From Octopus vulgaris (taxonomy: Eukaryota): a stretch of 64,000 nucleotides of DNA. The notes below the pieces were generated by a model. That model searched no databases, was not told the origin of the DNA, and worked only from the letters and a program-made list of their open reading frames with translations. The translations under genes and the position numbers were made by a program. Location of the stretch: assembly GCA_951406725.2 (NCBI GenBank), contig OX597823.1, positions 43,090,001 through 43,154,000 on the forward strand, given 5' to 3'. This document shows, piece after piece, positions 51,060-64,000 of this stretch (position 1 is its first letter; every line of letters begins with the position of its first letter).

Positions 51060-53080
51060 CGGTTAACCATGAGTTAATGTAGATATGAGCCAAATGCATC
51101 GGGTCTTCCAGATCGTATCTAGATAGAGTATTTTGTAGGCCTGTAGATAGAAGTAGTATAAGTTTCGAAGTCGTCGGCTACATGGACCATAAACTTGTGA
51201 TCTCTACGGTCGACATTTATAGGATGCATAGACAGGGCCCGAGTTACTGGAAGCTGAATGCGTCCTTCCCTGCGCGCCAAGCTTTCAGAGACAGGGTTAG
51301 CATGTTTGTCCATCGAAAGTTGGCGCACGCAGTCATCAACAGCTGCTGGTGGATAGCCCTGAAAAGGGCAATTAGTGTAGAGGCGGTAAGTTTTAGTAAA
51401 GAAATAGCGGAGTAGGAATCCAGGATAGAGGAAGACCTAGTTATGAAGCTTGAAGTAGCGCTTAGAAAAGGTATAGCGACTGACGGGCTGGCGGCAAGAT
51501 TAGCCCCTGATCAATTCTTCAATGCTAAGCACGAAGGTTGTGTTGTCAGAACTAGGGCCCGTGCACTGAGATGTGAGGGGACGAAAGCCGTTCGATGCGC
51601 CCGGGTGGCAAAGGTGCTTCGTGGAAACAAAGCAGCATTTCGGTCTTTGGCGATATATGATGGGCGCATGATAACAGAGTCCAAGCAGATGTGTGCGGAA
51701 TTTCAGCAACACTTCACCGAATTGTATGGGGCCCGCGGTGATTCTGAGACAGAGGTGGATTTCCTCTCCCATCTCAGTAGCATACCGCGGCTATCAGCCA
51801 GGGGTGCGGATATCTACGAAATTCCGATAAAGATCAACCAGGCGAGGTCGGTGGGACTGCAGCTCGGCACCTGGAGAGGGAGGTCCATGCCGACCGACAG
51901 CGTTATAGGGCGCTGGACGGAAAGACCGGTTACATTGCTCCGAGTTTTGTTTGGTCCCGGCCTCCAAGTCGACATTAACTGGTGGGAGGTGACGAATCTC
52001 ACTCAGAAATGGGCTGAGAGGAAGCTGTGCCTGAATAGTCGGATGGAGGTGACTAATGCGTACACCGCTTCCGTCATCTACTACCGCCTGACCGTCGTCC
52101 CTTGCTCCACTTCGTGCCTGGTAAAGTTGGAACGCTTACTCTTCCGCTTTCTATGGAAGGGACGGGTTTGTATATATATATATATAGACCGATATCACTG
52201 TAATAGTGTCTAACACCAAACAAATAAAGGCGATCTGCTCTTATCGTAAAGGAATTCGAGGCGGTGACAGGATTAAAATTTAACTATAAGTCAATGAGCC
52301 TGCTGTTCGGCACCTTGAGAAGCAGTTCCTTACCGTTCTGCGGCGTCATGGCCACTGAACAGACAGGTTAAGTTGATCGGGGTTTGCTGTAGTTCAGACC
52401 TGCAGGTAGACATGTCCTGGGTGTGGTGTCGAGTAGGATGGTTGATCTTACTTGAAATGGACTGAAAGGAAGCTCTCTTTGAAGAGCCGGGCTGGAGGTG
52501 GCAAGTGCCTCCACCCTGAACTACTCCTGCCTGACCGTAGTATCTACCTCTGGTTGATGGCTAACCAGAATGGAACGTTTGCTCTTCCGATTTTAGAGAA
52601 GCGGACACGAACCCCTTGCTAAAAGGTCCCTTTGCAGTCAGTATCCCCGGTGAGAGCAAATGCTTACATCGCATCTATTATCTACTACCGCTTGAGCACC
52701 GTACCTTGGTCTTCTTTATTACTGACCAGAATTGAATGCTTGTTTTTCCGATTTGTGAAGAAGAGATGCGTCCCGCTTTCCGGAAGAGCCATTAACAGTT
52801 AACATCCGCTGCGTGGGGGACTGGGTTTTCAGCGCAAGCATGTGCTGAAGCTACAGAATCTCCAGCTATTCTTTGACAGTAAGCAGGTTTAGTCGCCGTT
52901 TGTTAGACGCGCTTTTCTGTAGTCCTTTTCTTAGATATATTTGCAGTACAAAAGATGAAGCATAGTCGGAGGCGGGGTGTCTGGTACTCCCAATGCTGTG
53001 AGAAACTCAGTGCCTCTCTGCCGGTCGGATAATGCAGTCAGTACCTGTTGCGCCATGATGTTCTCTACAGGGATAATGGT
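51060..53080 (+). mobile_element. Rearranged Tx1/L1-clade LINE remnant
   Basis: DHKLV...GPSYWKLNAS (end of EN), RARAL..EG, KIN..RS, WAERKL, LFRFLWKG; RT core missing; stops. Confidence 0.75.
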
Positions 53081-53760
53081 TGGAAGATCGACAACATACT
53101 CAGCCTGGTACTCTGGATAATTTCAAGATATTCTTAGCCTGCATTGCTAGGAATTATATTACTCCTGGAAAATGTCTGTGTGTGGTGTGCTGGTGGTTGT
53201 GGTGGTGTTTGTCTGTCTGTGCGTGCATGTGTCCGGGTATGTATATGGTGAAGAAAAATGTAGACAAACAGACAGTTAGATATATAGATAGAAAGATAGA
53301 TAGATAGATTAATAGATTGATAGATTGATAAGTAGAGAGAGAGAAAGTGAGTGTGAGAAAGAGGATCTCCATTCATTGGTCGTAGTTGGATAGATGGATG
53401 TCTGTGAGTGAGTCAGTCATTTAGTTCTCTGAAATTTTAACGAAAATATGGCACCAAAGAGGCTGCAGAGAAAGAGGCTGTGTTATAAGCAATGCTTGAC
53501 ATACTTTGGAATAGTTTCAACCAACACCAAAGCCCGTTTGGCTTCTTTAATCTTTCCAAAGTGATAAATAATATGCAAATGGAATATGGTGGAATGACGG
53601 TGGAATGAAAATAGAATATTGTGAAACGAAGTTTTGGGAAGAGAATGTTGTCCACATCGAAATATTTCGGTCAGTGCCTGCACAAAGGGAAACATTCAGG
53701 TCGCTTTTGAATTTTTACCTTCCATTATACATTTATTTTCGTTGGATGTGTGTATACGCA

Positions 53761-53800
<40 letters not shown>

Positions 53801-53902
53801 GAGTGGGTGTCTGTGTTTGTGCGTGTTTGTATATATTTATAAATACGAATACATACATGTATATCTATCTATCTATCTATATATCTATCTATCTATCTAT
53901 CT

Positions 53903-53955
<53 letters not shown>

Positions 53956-54016
53956 TGTGTATATATATGTGTATATATATGTATATATATATAAATACAT
54001 ATATACATACATATTC

Positions 54017-54056
<40 letters not shown>

Positions 54057-54317
54057 GAATATGTATGTATATATGTATTTATATATACATACATATATAT
54101 ATGTATATATATATATGTGTGTGTGTATAGATTTATATGTATATATATGCATAAATATATATATATATGTACACACACACACACACATGTGTGTATGGAG
54201 TTTAATCGTTTATTTATATAGTTTTGAGTTTTTAAGTATGTATTTATATACACATACATATTTACATATATATGTATATATACATACATACATACATACA
54301 TATATATCTATATCTAT

Positions 54318-54389
<72 letters not shown>

Positions 54390-55062
54390 TATTTCATTTT
54401 TCTATTAATTCAACCAAACATAATTGGTGTACTTGAAAGAATGCGAATCAAAACCGGATAAGACCATTTATATTATTTTATTTATTCAAATTTGTATGTG
54501 TGCGTATCTGCACTTGTACGCATCTACGCGTTGTCTATGTGCACGTGTGTGTGTGTGTGTGAGTATTTGAGTGTGCGCGTGAGTGCCTGTGCATGTGTGT
54601 ACGTGTGTATGTGTTTGCTTATTGTGTAACCTACTCAATCATTTTGTGACAAAACAGTATCGATCCGAGTATGTAGAGGAGTGCAGTAGAAAATATGCAT
54701 GCAATATCGATCATTCGCTTCTTCGTGCTTTATATCTAAATTTTATTATTTTTCTTCATTTACCTGATGTTTATTTACTTATTTAATTATTTTTATATTT
54801 ATCCAATTTTTTTTTTTGGTTGTATCATGCTAGGCTGAGTATGGAGAAGCTGAAAAGGACTTGGAATACTTTGTTGTATTTATAACTTATGGTTAGTCTT
54901 CTTGTCCTCTTGTACATAATATGCATGTGTATGCTTATCTATATATCTAGCTAGCTAGCTAACCTATCAATATGTGTGTTTGTGTGTGTGTCTGTGTGTC
55001 CGCATGATGTATGTTATATGTGTGACTGTGCGGGCGTGTACGATCGTATAAACTCATATGCC

Positions 55063-55146
<84 letters not shown>

Positions 55147-55572
55147 AATATACGTATGTTTGTATTTATATATACTTACATAGAGATTCTTGCATGTATA
55201 CCTCTTCATCAATATATACGTGTGGGTATAATCTTTGAAGCTCTTTTATGAGATTCATATTAAGCACAAGCAACTTTCTTTATCCAGCCATACTAAAAAG
55301 AACCATAGAAATTTACTTACTCACAGACACACACGCACACACACATGGGCACACACGCACACACACATGGGCACACACACAAACACACACACACACACAC
55401 AACGCATTCTTTTGAAAAGACAAATGGGGCATCGCAGACGACAATATACATATGGCCATATATATGTGTGTATATATATATATATGCATATATATGCATA
55501 TATATGCAAATATATCTATGTATATCTGTATGTATACATAATTTATATGTACTTTTATATATGTTTGAGTAT

Positions 55573-55604
<32 letters not shown>

Positions 55605-56148
55605 GTGTGTGTGTGCATGTATGTATGTATGTATGTATGCATGAATGTATGTATGTGTGTATGCATGTATGTACGTACGTATGTGTGTGTGTGTGTGTAA
55701 TGTATAATATATATGTGTGCATGTGAGGGAGAAAATGTGTGTATTTTTCTCATGTCTAATGTTGCAAATATCCAAGTCTACTAGCGGTGAACCCCTTCCC
55801 CGTTCACCTATGGAAAGATGACTTGATGACACAACTCATGGAAACTGACGCCTGCCATAATGGTTTCCAATGTTTATATTTCCATATATGCCAAATGCAT
55901 TATATATGACGTGTGCAAGCATCAGTACACATATTGATTGCATGTGTACAAATATGTGCGTGGATATGTTGTTTGTACGTGTGGTAGCTTATGTGCAAAC
56001 ATACACATGCATACATATATTCAAATATACACACAAACACATATATATATATAGATATATAGGTATATAGGTAATCACTGTTTTACTCTTATAATAATAA
56101 TTAGTATTATTATTAGTAGAAGTGGCAGTAGCAGCAGCAGCAGTAGTT

Positions 56149-56207
<59 letters not shown>

Positions 56208-56243
56208 TAGGAACTATACCTATAGATCACGTTTCTCTTCGTA

Positions 56244-56293
<50 letters not shown>

Positions 56294-56301
56294 CATGTAT
56301 G

Positions 56302-56354
<53 letters not shown>

Positions 56355-56391
56355 TTTTATGTATTAATGTATGTATATATTTTTATTATTT

Positions 56392-57327
56392 TTCTTGTTT
56401 CAGCAATTTCATTGCGCCATGCTGGATCACCGCCTTTTGTGGAACAAATCGATCCCAGTATTTATTCTTCGTGAGCCTAGTACTTATTCTTCGTGAGCCT
56501 AGTACTTATTCTACTTATTCCAAACCACTAGGTTACAGGGACGTAAACGCACCAATATCGGTTATCAAGTGATGGTGAGGGGACAAACACAGACAAACAA
56601 ATACATACATACATACATATATATATATGTATATGTATATATTGTTAATTATATACATATATATATATATATAAATAATAATATCAGGGTTATAAAAATT
56701 TTAGAAATTTTTACTACCAATGGCCTTGCGTATAGAAATATTTGTCTATAGACTATATATTATTCATATAAAATACAGTGTACATTTAAACACATTAAGA
56801 GGTGTCCAAACCACTAATTAGGGATAAATTCTCGAAGGGAATAAAAATTAATACGGTTACCATCTATATTTCCTGGACCGGTTTCTGACATTTTTTTAGC
56901 AAATTAAAAAAAATTACCAGGCGAAGTCTTCGTCTGGCAAATTGGTACGGCAAGATTAAATATATAAACACGAAGCCGCTAATCCAGCATGTGCCTCTTG
57001 CTTATACATGTTAATTTTTTTTTAATCCACCGCGCAAGTGCAGTTTTTTTGTCGGCAACACAATGTGCCGACAATTTCTTCGAACGAATTCTCCAGAAAT
57101 CATTACACATAATTAATAATATCAGGGTAATAAAGATTTTAGATAATTTTTTTGGCATTCGTTCGAAGAAATATATATGACGAGCTTCTTTCAGTTTCCA
57201 TCTAACAAATCCACTGACATGGCTTTGGTCGGCCCGAGACTATAGTAGAATACATTTGTTTCGAGTAGCCGCGCGGTGGGACTCAACCCGGAACCATGTG
57301 ATTGGGTAGCAAGCTTCTTACCACTCC
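56392..57327 (-). mobile_element. SINE of the 43110 family split by an insertion in its internal microsatellite
   Basis: 3' half at ~56392-56600, 5' half at ~57178-57327. Confidence 0.75.
56676..57150 (-). mobile_element. Non-coding element with a short direct terminal repeat (438-bp period), PLE pseudo-LTR or retrozyme-like
   Basis: TAATAATATCAGGGT at 56676 and 57114; degenerate HHR-like motif at 56872-56938 (-). Confidence 0.55.
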
Positions 57328-57548
57328 GGTAACTATAAATATATATCAGTCTGTGTTTGTGTTCGTGTGTATGTGAGTGTGTTCATGTACTTGCATGTGT
57401 GTTTGTGAGTGTATGTATACGTAGTGTATACATGAGTTTCTCAAAAGTGTGCGTATGCATATGAACGCATAGATCAGAAGATATTACCAGTCTGCCCATA
57501 TACAGATGTGCAGATACATGAATAATCACACGTATATGCATTATATAT

Positions 57549-57932
57549 ACTCTTTTACTTGTTTCACTCATTTGACTGCGGCCATGCTGGACACCAGGAA
57601 TTATTCTTTGTAAGCCTAGTACTTATTCTATCAGTCTCTTTTTGCCGAACCGCTAGTTTAGGAGACGTAAACAAATCAGCATCGGTTATCAAGCGATGTT
57701 GGGGGAAAAACACAGAGACACAAACATATACACACACATACGCATATATATATACGTATACATATATACGACGGGCTTCTTTCAGTTTCCGTCAACCAAA
57801 TCCCCTCACAAAGCTTTGATCGGTCCGTGGCTATAGTAGAAGACACTTGCTCAGGGTACAATTCAGGGGGACTGAACCCGGAACCATGTGGCTGGTAAGC
57901 AAGCTACTTACCACACAGCCACTCATGCGCCT
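57549..57932 (-). mobile_element. Near full-length SINE of the 43110 family
   Basis: Head, body and CR1-like tail all present in reverse complement. Confidence 0.9.
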
Positions 57933-58019
57933 ATATATATATATATATATATATATCCTGGAAAAAGGATATATGTATTTGCATTGGGACCCCTTCGCAT
58001 TGAAGACCGGTTATTGTCC

Positions 58020-58060
58020 TACGCTGACGACGGGTAAATACTCAGAAACCCGGGTCCATG
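58020..58060 (+). ncRNA. Minimal hammerhead-like motif inside a ~320-bp element (57957-58278) flanked by (TA)n
   Basis: UACG-CUGACGA-C-GGGU-AAAU-ACUC-A-GAAA-CCCGGG-UC-CAUG: intact core, palindromic stem III, GUC site. Confidence 0.65.
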
Positions 58061-58750
58061 CGTATCACGTCAGGTCGACGAGGGAAAGGATGATTTCCCT
58101 TTGCAAATACTGATAGAGCACAGAAGGTGTGTCAATAGCCAGCTGGAGAAGATGTTCTCCTGGGGCTACAAGCTACAGTAGCATCTACCTTTAGTGGTTA
58201 GCCACATTTAAGTGACAAATATACTTTACATTGTCGTGCAGCTACTGTTTATACCTCGTTCAGAGATTTATTATTACTTATATATATATATGTGTATACA
58301 GATATACATACATTTATATATATGCACACTCACACGCACGCACACACGCACACACACACATATGCATGTATGTATAGACATGAAAATATATGTCAAAGCA
58401 TGGCACGACATTTTTCTCATAAATTCCCTATGAATAGGATTTCAAAACATGCACGCAGCTTTTTTGTCTAACTAAATATTATTCAATATATCATGCACGC
58501 CCGTCTCTGTGCGCGCGCGCGCGTGTGTGTGGCCATCCGCGCGCATGGCCTCAATAGAAAGAAAACCTTTCCAGAATCCATTCTGGTGAATATGAGTAAT
58601 AGTAACTGTCGTATCTATTGACCTACATATATTTTTGGGTATATACTCTACACAGAAGACCTTATTTTTGAAACGACCACCGTGCGTTTCTTAATCCCAA
58701 AAATAAGCCGAAAAGTTCTGTATGCAGGTGCAATAAGGTAATAGTTGTTA

Positions 58751-59102
58751 TCTCTATATATATAAAGCTGAAGTTGTCTGTGTATGGCAGGTTTGGTAGC
58801 CTTCAACTAACACTATCTCCTCCGAGACCCTGCGGCGCAAGTTGACCAAAATTGAGAGTATGATAGTAGAAGGCTTACTCTTCCTTCCGTAGAAGAAAAA
58901 AAATTCAAATCGGAATTTTATGAAAAAATCTATTTTTTACGATTTTTTTTACTACTGTGTCGCCATTTTTCGGTGTATTTCAACCAGAAAAATGTTCACT
59001 TAAAGAGAATAACAAGCTACATAATGCAAAATTTTTACTTTTCAAAAATTCAAATTCTAAAGGGTCGAAACAAACCCGAGCAACGCCGGGCAATACTGCT
59101 AG
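58751..59102 (+). mobile_element. Non-autonomous Helitron
   Basis: Starts TCTCTATATATATAAAG after an A, has subterminal hairpin CCCGAGCAACGCCGGG, ends CTAG before a T; no TSD. Confidence 0.85.
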
Positions 59103-59319
59103 TTTCATATTAAAGCAGTAACTATTATGAATTAATACGGTCAAAGGAAAAACACAAATTTTCTTATAGCATTTACTTCACCACGTCACATTCTCTTTTT
59201 AAGTTTCAACGCAGACGTTGAAAAATTAAGTTCCTGTCAAATATGTACCATTCTGCCAAATTTGTAATCTATACATACATACATACATACATACATACAT
59301 ACATACATACATACATACA

Positions 59320-59351
<32 letters not shown>

Positions 59352-59833
59352 CCATAAGGTTCGAAAATCGATTAACGTTGTTCGTCAATTTTTTTTTTCA
59401 GACTACGGAGAAATGGCTGAAATTTTCTTTGTTTATAACTGTACATGTTACATATATATTTATATATTTAATTTTATATTTATAGTTGTTATTTTCAGTA
59501 TTTTTATTTACGTGTCATAAATATTATTGTTATCGTTGTTATAAACATTTCTGCTATTGTTGCTTCGTTTCGTACCAACAGTCCCAAGTCACACCCAGAT
59601 ACCACCAGTAAGTTTGAGGAGTCCTCTGGATGATATTTAAACTAGCATTGATATCTTACAGGAGACCATATTCTGGCTACTCATATTCTATGAATGTCAT
59701 AATATGACGTCTTTGAGAGTGTTTTAAGAGAACCAGGCTGAATGTTTTTCTTCGGATGGGAGTGATAAACATGAGAACAATGTTGAGTACTTTGGAAAAT
59801 TTAGGATTTTCCGATGTTTGACCATAGTGTTGC

Positions 59834-59865
<32 letters not shown>

Positions 59866-59868
<3 letters not shown>

Positions 59869-60006
59869 GGTTGTCCCAAAAGTTCGTAAACACTTGCGAA
59901 AATTGAATTTTTACTCGCCAAGTACTCACAAAAACAACAAAAATTATTCCTCAAAATAAAGACCATTATTTTCCAAGACTTTCTACGAACTTTTGGGACA
60001 ACCTTA
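59866..60006. mobile_element. Mariner-type MITE
   Basis: TIRs AGGTTGTCCCAAAAGTTCGTA and TACGAACTTTTGGGACAACCT, TA flanks, inserted in (TTA)n. Confidence 0.9.
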
Positions 60007-60060
<54 letters not shown>

Positions 60061-60577
60061 CATTATTAATATTATTATTATTATTGTTGTTGTTGTTGTT
60101 GTTATTGTTGTTGTTGTTGTTGTGTTTTTTGTAGTTGTTGTTGTTATAATTATTAATGATTTGACTCAGGTTCGTACTTACTCCTCGTAGAATTCATGTG
60201 CGTAGCGGATTACTACTCATAAACTTAGGTATCCACAAGGGTTCAATAGCCTTTCGAATTCTTAAGACCCTCCTGATAGTTTTTTTCTTTCCCTAAGAGG
60301 GAAACTTTGTGTAGAAGTTCTACAGGGCATTTTATTCCAATCTCCCTCAACCATTTGTCTTGTAGTAGTATTAGTAGTAGTTACCGTTCATTATCCAACG
60401 AGGTAACGACAGATGATCTAACCACAAACTCCACAACCCGCATCACTACGACTCTCATCTACATTTTCACCATCATCGTTCAAAATACAATCATTCCCAA
60501 CTGAAGTCTATATCTTTTTTCTTCTGTTTGTTGATCAAATGTATAAAACAGGAAAATCATGTTTCACATATGTGTGT

Positions 60578-60812
60578 TTATTGTTATATTTCACGTTACC
60601 CCAGTGCACTCTGCTAGTAAAAATTAGTAGTACCTGTATTTCAACGGCCGGTCTTGTCACACTTTGTGTCACGCTGAATCTCCCTGAGAACTACGTTCAT
60701 GGTACACGTGTCTGCGGAGTGCTCAGCCACTTGCACGTTAATTTCACGAGCAAGCTGTTCCATTGATCCTATCAGCTGGGACACTCGTCGTCGTAACCGA
60801 CGGAGAACTCCT
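60578..60812 (+). mobile_element. 5'-truncated SINE: core like 10447-10490, tail like 41887-42072
   Basis: TATTTCACGTTACCCCAGTGCACTCTGCT, then GTACCTGTATTTCA...CGTCGTAACCGACGGAG. Confidence 0.8.
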
Positions 60813-61420
60813 TTTATATATATGTACATATGTATATATACATACATACATTTTGTTTAAGAAACATGTCCAGTTCCTTGGTTTTGTGTTTATGTTTTCG
60901 TTTCTCATTGTGCTCGGCGTTTTTTTTTTTTTGGTGTCCTGTACCCATATATGCATGTATATATACATGTAGAGGTAGGTACGTACATATATATATGTAT
61001 ATATGCATATGTTTTATTTATTAAATCATTATATATATATATACATATGTATATGTATATATATGCACGCACATACGCACATGCATATATATATATATAT
61101 ATACATATAGAGGTAAATGTAGGGATAGGAAAGTTAGACAGATCGATATATAAAGTATATTAAATACATGAAATACAAAATATGTATGTATACATAGAAA
61201 AAGGTCCGACTTACACCGAATACAAACGATATATAGAATCAAAGGGGTTGAAGAAAAGTAATATAAATACAACAGCTCTTTCTGAGAGCTCGGTGGTCCA
61301 ATACAAAGTCTGTAGACTGATTTCATCGTAGGATGAGACGTGTTTCCGTCTTCAGAGAAGAGATCTTATATTTGAGGTGTTAAAGGAAAGAAGTTCAAGG
61401 ATACATTCCATATTTGAACT

Positions 61421-61467
<47 letters not shown>

Positions 61468-61474
<7 letters not shown>

Positions 61475-61633
61475 TACAGAGAAGAAAGCAAATTTCGAAC
61501 GCAGAGATGTAGGAGGGTCGTGACCCTCTGCAGACAACTTTGTCCGTCTTCCAAGAGTAAAATGCTCAATCTTTCTGCTGTTTTCACGACTACACTGCGT
61601 TCGAAATTTGTTTTCTTGTCTGTAAAATACATA
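61468..61633. repeat. Imperfect inverted repeat, ~38-bp arms (MITE-like or inverted PLE ends)
   Basis: CAAATTTCGAACGCAG pairs with CTGCGTTCGAAATTTG, with extended flanking complementarity. Confidence 0.8.
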
Positions 61634-61718
61634 ACACATTTGACACTTCCGAGTTTTCTTGTAACATATCTTCGCATAATCTTCTGTATGTATGTATGTA
61701 TGTATATATGTATGTTAT

Positions 61719-62268
61719 GTCAGGTAACTTTCGAGTGCTACTGGTAACATGTAACCCAGTACAACCTGTTGCATGGTCGGGTCGTCGGCGAGTAAACCGG
61801 CAACCCCACCAAGCTTGCTTGGTGAGGAGGCTGTTTATTGGACACACTGCGGGATGAAAAACAAAAACCGTTAAAGTGCGGAGGAACACTTGAGAGTCAA
61901 CGGCCAGCCAATATCTTAAGGCTGTATCATGCGCGGGGACATAGAAATAATCGGACTGAATACCCGATCGCGCGGTTAAACCATTGGGAGTGAAGGACTC
62001 CTAGCCTTTGTTAGGGCATCCTTCTAGGAGAAGGTAACTCAGGTAAATGGGACAACTCCGACATAAAACTTGCGGCTCAGCGGTTACCGATGATGTTGAC
62101 TTGTTCTTCTTTTCGGATTATGGCTGCTGTTGCTTAGTGAATGGGATTGACTCAGTGCACAGCCTTTCCTCACTTTAAAAAAAATCTTCTTGCACAGGCA
62201 TTGCACGATAACAACATTGATTAAGCTTCGTGCAATGGCCATACTCGATAACGAGGGGGCAGCTACCA
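61719..62268 (+). mobile_element. Second copy of the 5628-6166 repeat
   Basis: Collinear high identity over the full length. Confidence 0.85.
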
Positions 62269-62314
62269 TATATGTATGTATGCATGTATGTATATATGTA
62301 TACATGTATGCATG

Positions 62315-62361
<47 letters not shown>

Positions 62362-62654
62362 CTGTTTATATATCAGTTACCCTCTTATACATATACACAT
62401 ATATATGTGTGTATGTATGCATGTATGTGTGTATATGTATAAGAGGGTAACTGATATATTAACTGTAATTTTCTAATGTTTTTGTTACATACGTTTGAAA
62501 GCATTTTATGTGCATGTAAGTTCCACCTCATTTCTATTTCCAGAATCACATATAAAACTGTGCGTGTACGCGTGAATAAGCATTCTTATATATGTGTGCT
62601 TGTGAGTGTGTGTGAGTATGCGTGTGTGTATGCGTGTGTTAGTGTGTGTTTGTA

Positions 62655-62697
<43 letters not shown>

Positions 62698-62876
62698 CTT
62701 GTGTGTTTGATTTTATTTTCAGTCATCATTTCGTATATATCGTTCTATATATTTTATTTTACTATATCACTCAATTCAGTGTAATTTAATATTATATTGA
62801 TTTTAGTGAACTCTGATACACCCACCGACATCTCTATGTATATCTACACACACACACACTCACGTACACATACAGA

Positions 62877-62919
<43 letters not shown>

Positions 62920-63504
62920 TTATGTACTGATATATACCCACATATGCATAATAATATTTGACAAGTATACATATATCCTTATACATACATAGAATTATGT
63001 ATATGCACGTGCACACTCACAAAATACACACATACAGACAAATAGATAGATAAATAGATAGATAGATAGATAAATTAACTTTTGTTTTTATATGTTGCCA
63101 TATATGAAAAAAATTTTCAAACAGTAATTGATGGATCATTTTAAGTAGAGTTCTATATGTTTTATATTTATAAGGACAAGGTTATACAACTTTTCTTCGT
63201 AAAAACAAGACACACACATACACATACTAGATAATGAAGAAGTCGATTTCTCATTTAAAGGATGCATATAATATTAGTTTTTGTGCATTCGTTTTCGCAT
63301 AAGTTTAATACGACATTTTCTGATTTGTTTTGAATACCTTGGGACACATGCATATGCATATAAATATCTTTGCATGCATGAGTGTGAATCGGTTTGTGTG
63401 CCTATATATGTAGAGATAGATATCTATGTTTATGTATACACATCTATATATGTGTGTATGTATATATATACTCATATATGTATATTTGTGTGTGTGTATA
63501 TATA

Positions 63505-63548
63505 TAGATAGATAGACAGATAGATAGATAGATAGATAGATAGATAGT

Positions 63549-63619
<71 letters not shown>

Positions 63620-63620
63620 G

Positions 63621-63678
<58 letters not shown>
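63505..63678. repeat. (GATA)n microsatellite
   Basis: Direct reading. Confidence 0.95.
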
Positions 63679-63679
<1 letters not shown>

Positions 63680-64000
63680 ACCGAAAATGTATATACAGGG
63701 AACGAGAGGTACTTAGGTACATATATGACAATTTAATAAAACATCTCTAATCTGGAAAACCCAATGTATCTTAATAAAAATATGTGCATAATTTTTCGAT
63801 AAGCTTTCTTATACGATTAGTTTCTGAATCTGCCTTTCAGTCTCAATGACTGTTTCGGTGCTAGATCGAAATCTTTGACATAACTGCACAAAATGAACCT
63901 TATTCATTTCGGTCATCACCAGGACAATGGCAGCGTTTGTGAAGCTATGGTATTATGAGTTATATATTCAGTTTAAAATTAGGATCAAATCTTTATATGA

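Overview
AT-rich, microsatellite-dense eukaryotic intergenic or intronic DNA. The SINE repertoire and the (TA)n/(CA)n/(TACA)n load suggest a cephalopod, probably octopus (inference). I found no host protein-coding gene; nearly all short ORFs are microsatellite artefacts. Two long ORFs are retroelements. (1) A Penelope-like element (PLE, RT plus C-terminal GIY-YIG; ~812-4823, +). It has a long Asn/Ser-rich insert, one -1 frameshift, a variant minimal hammerhead (HHR) in its 3' UTR, and an identical head-to-head inverted copy joined through a 35-nt template-switch fragment. (2) A 5'-truncated CR1-clade LINE (33066-36516, -). Its APE-RT ORF2 is intact, its ORF1 remnant is CCCH-zinc-finger-like, and its 3' stem-loop is shared, with compensatory changes, by a tRNA-derived SINE family in the same window. 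The rest comprises SINEs with shuffled modules, RTE, Tx1, Tc1 and mariner remnants, a Helitron, MITEs, a 429-bp near-perfect palindrome, and several short non-coding HHR-bearing elements sitting in (TA)n tracts. All alignments were done by eye.
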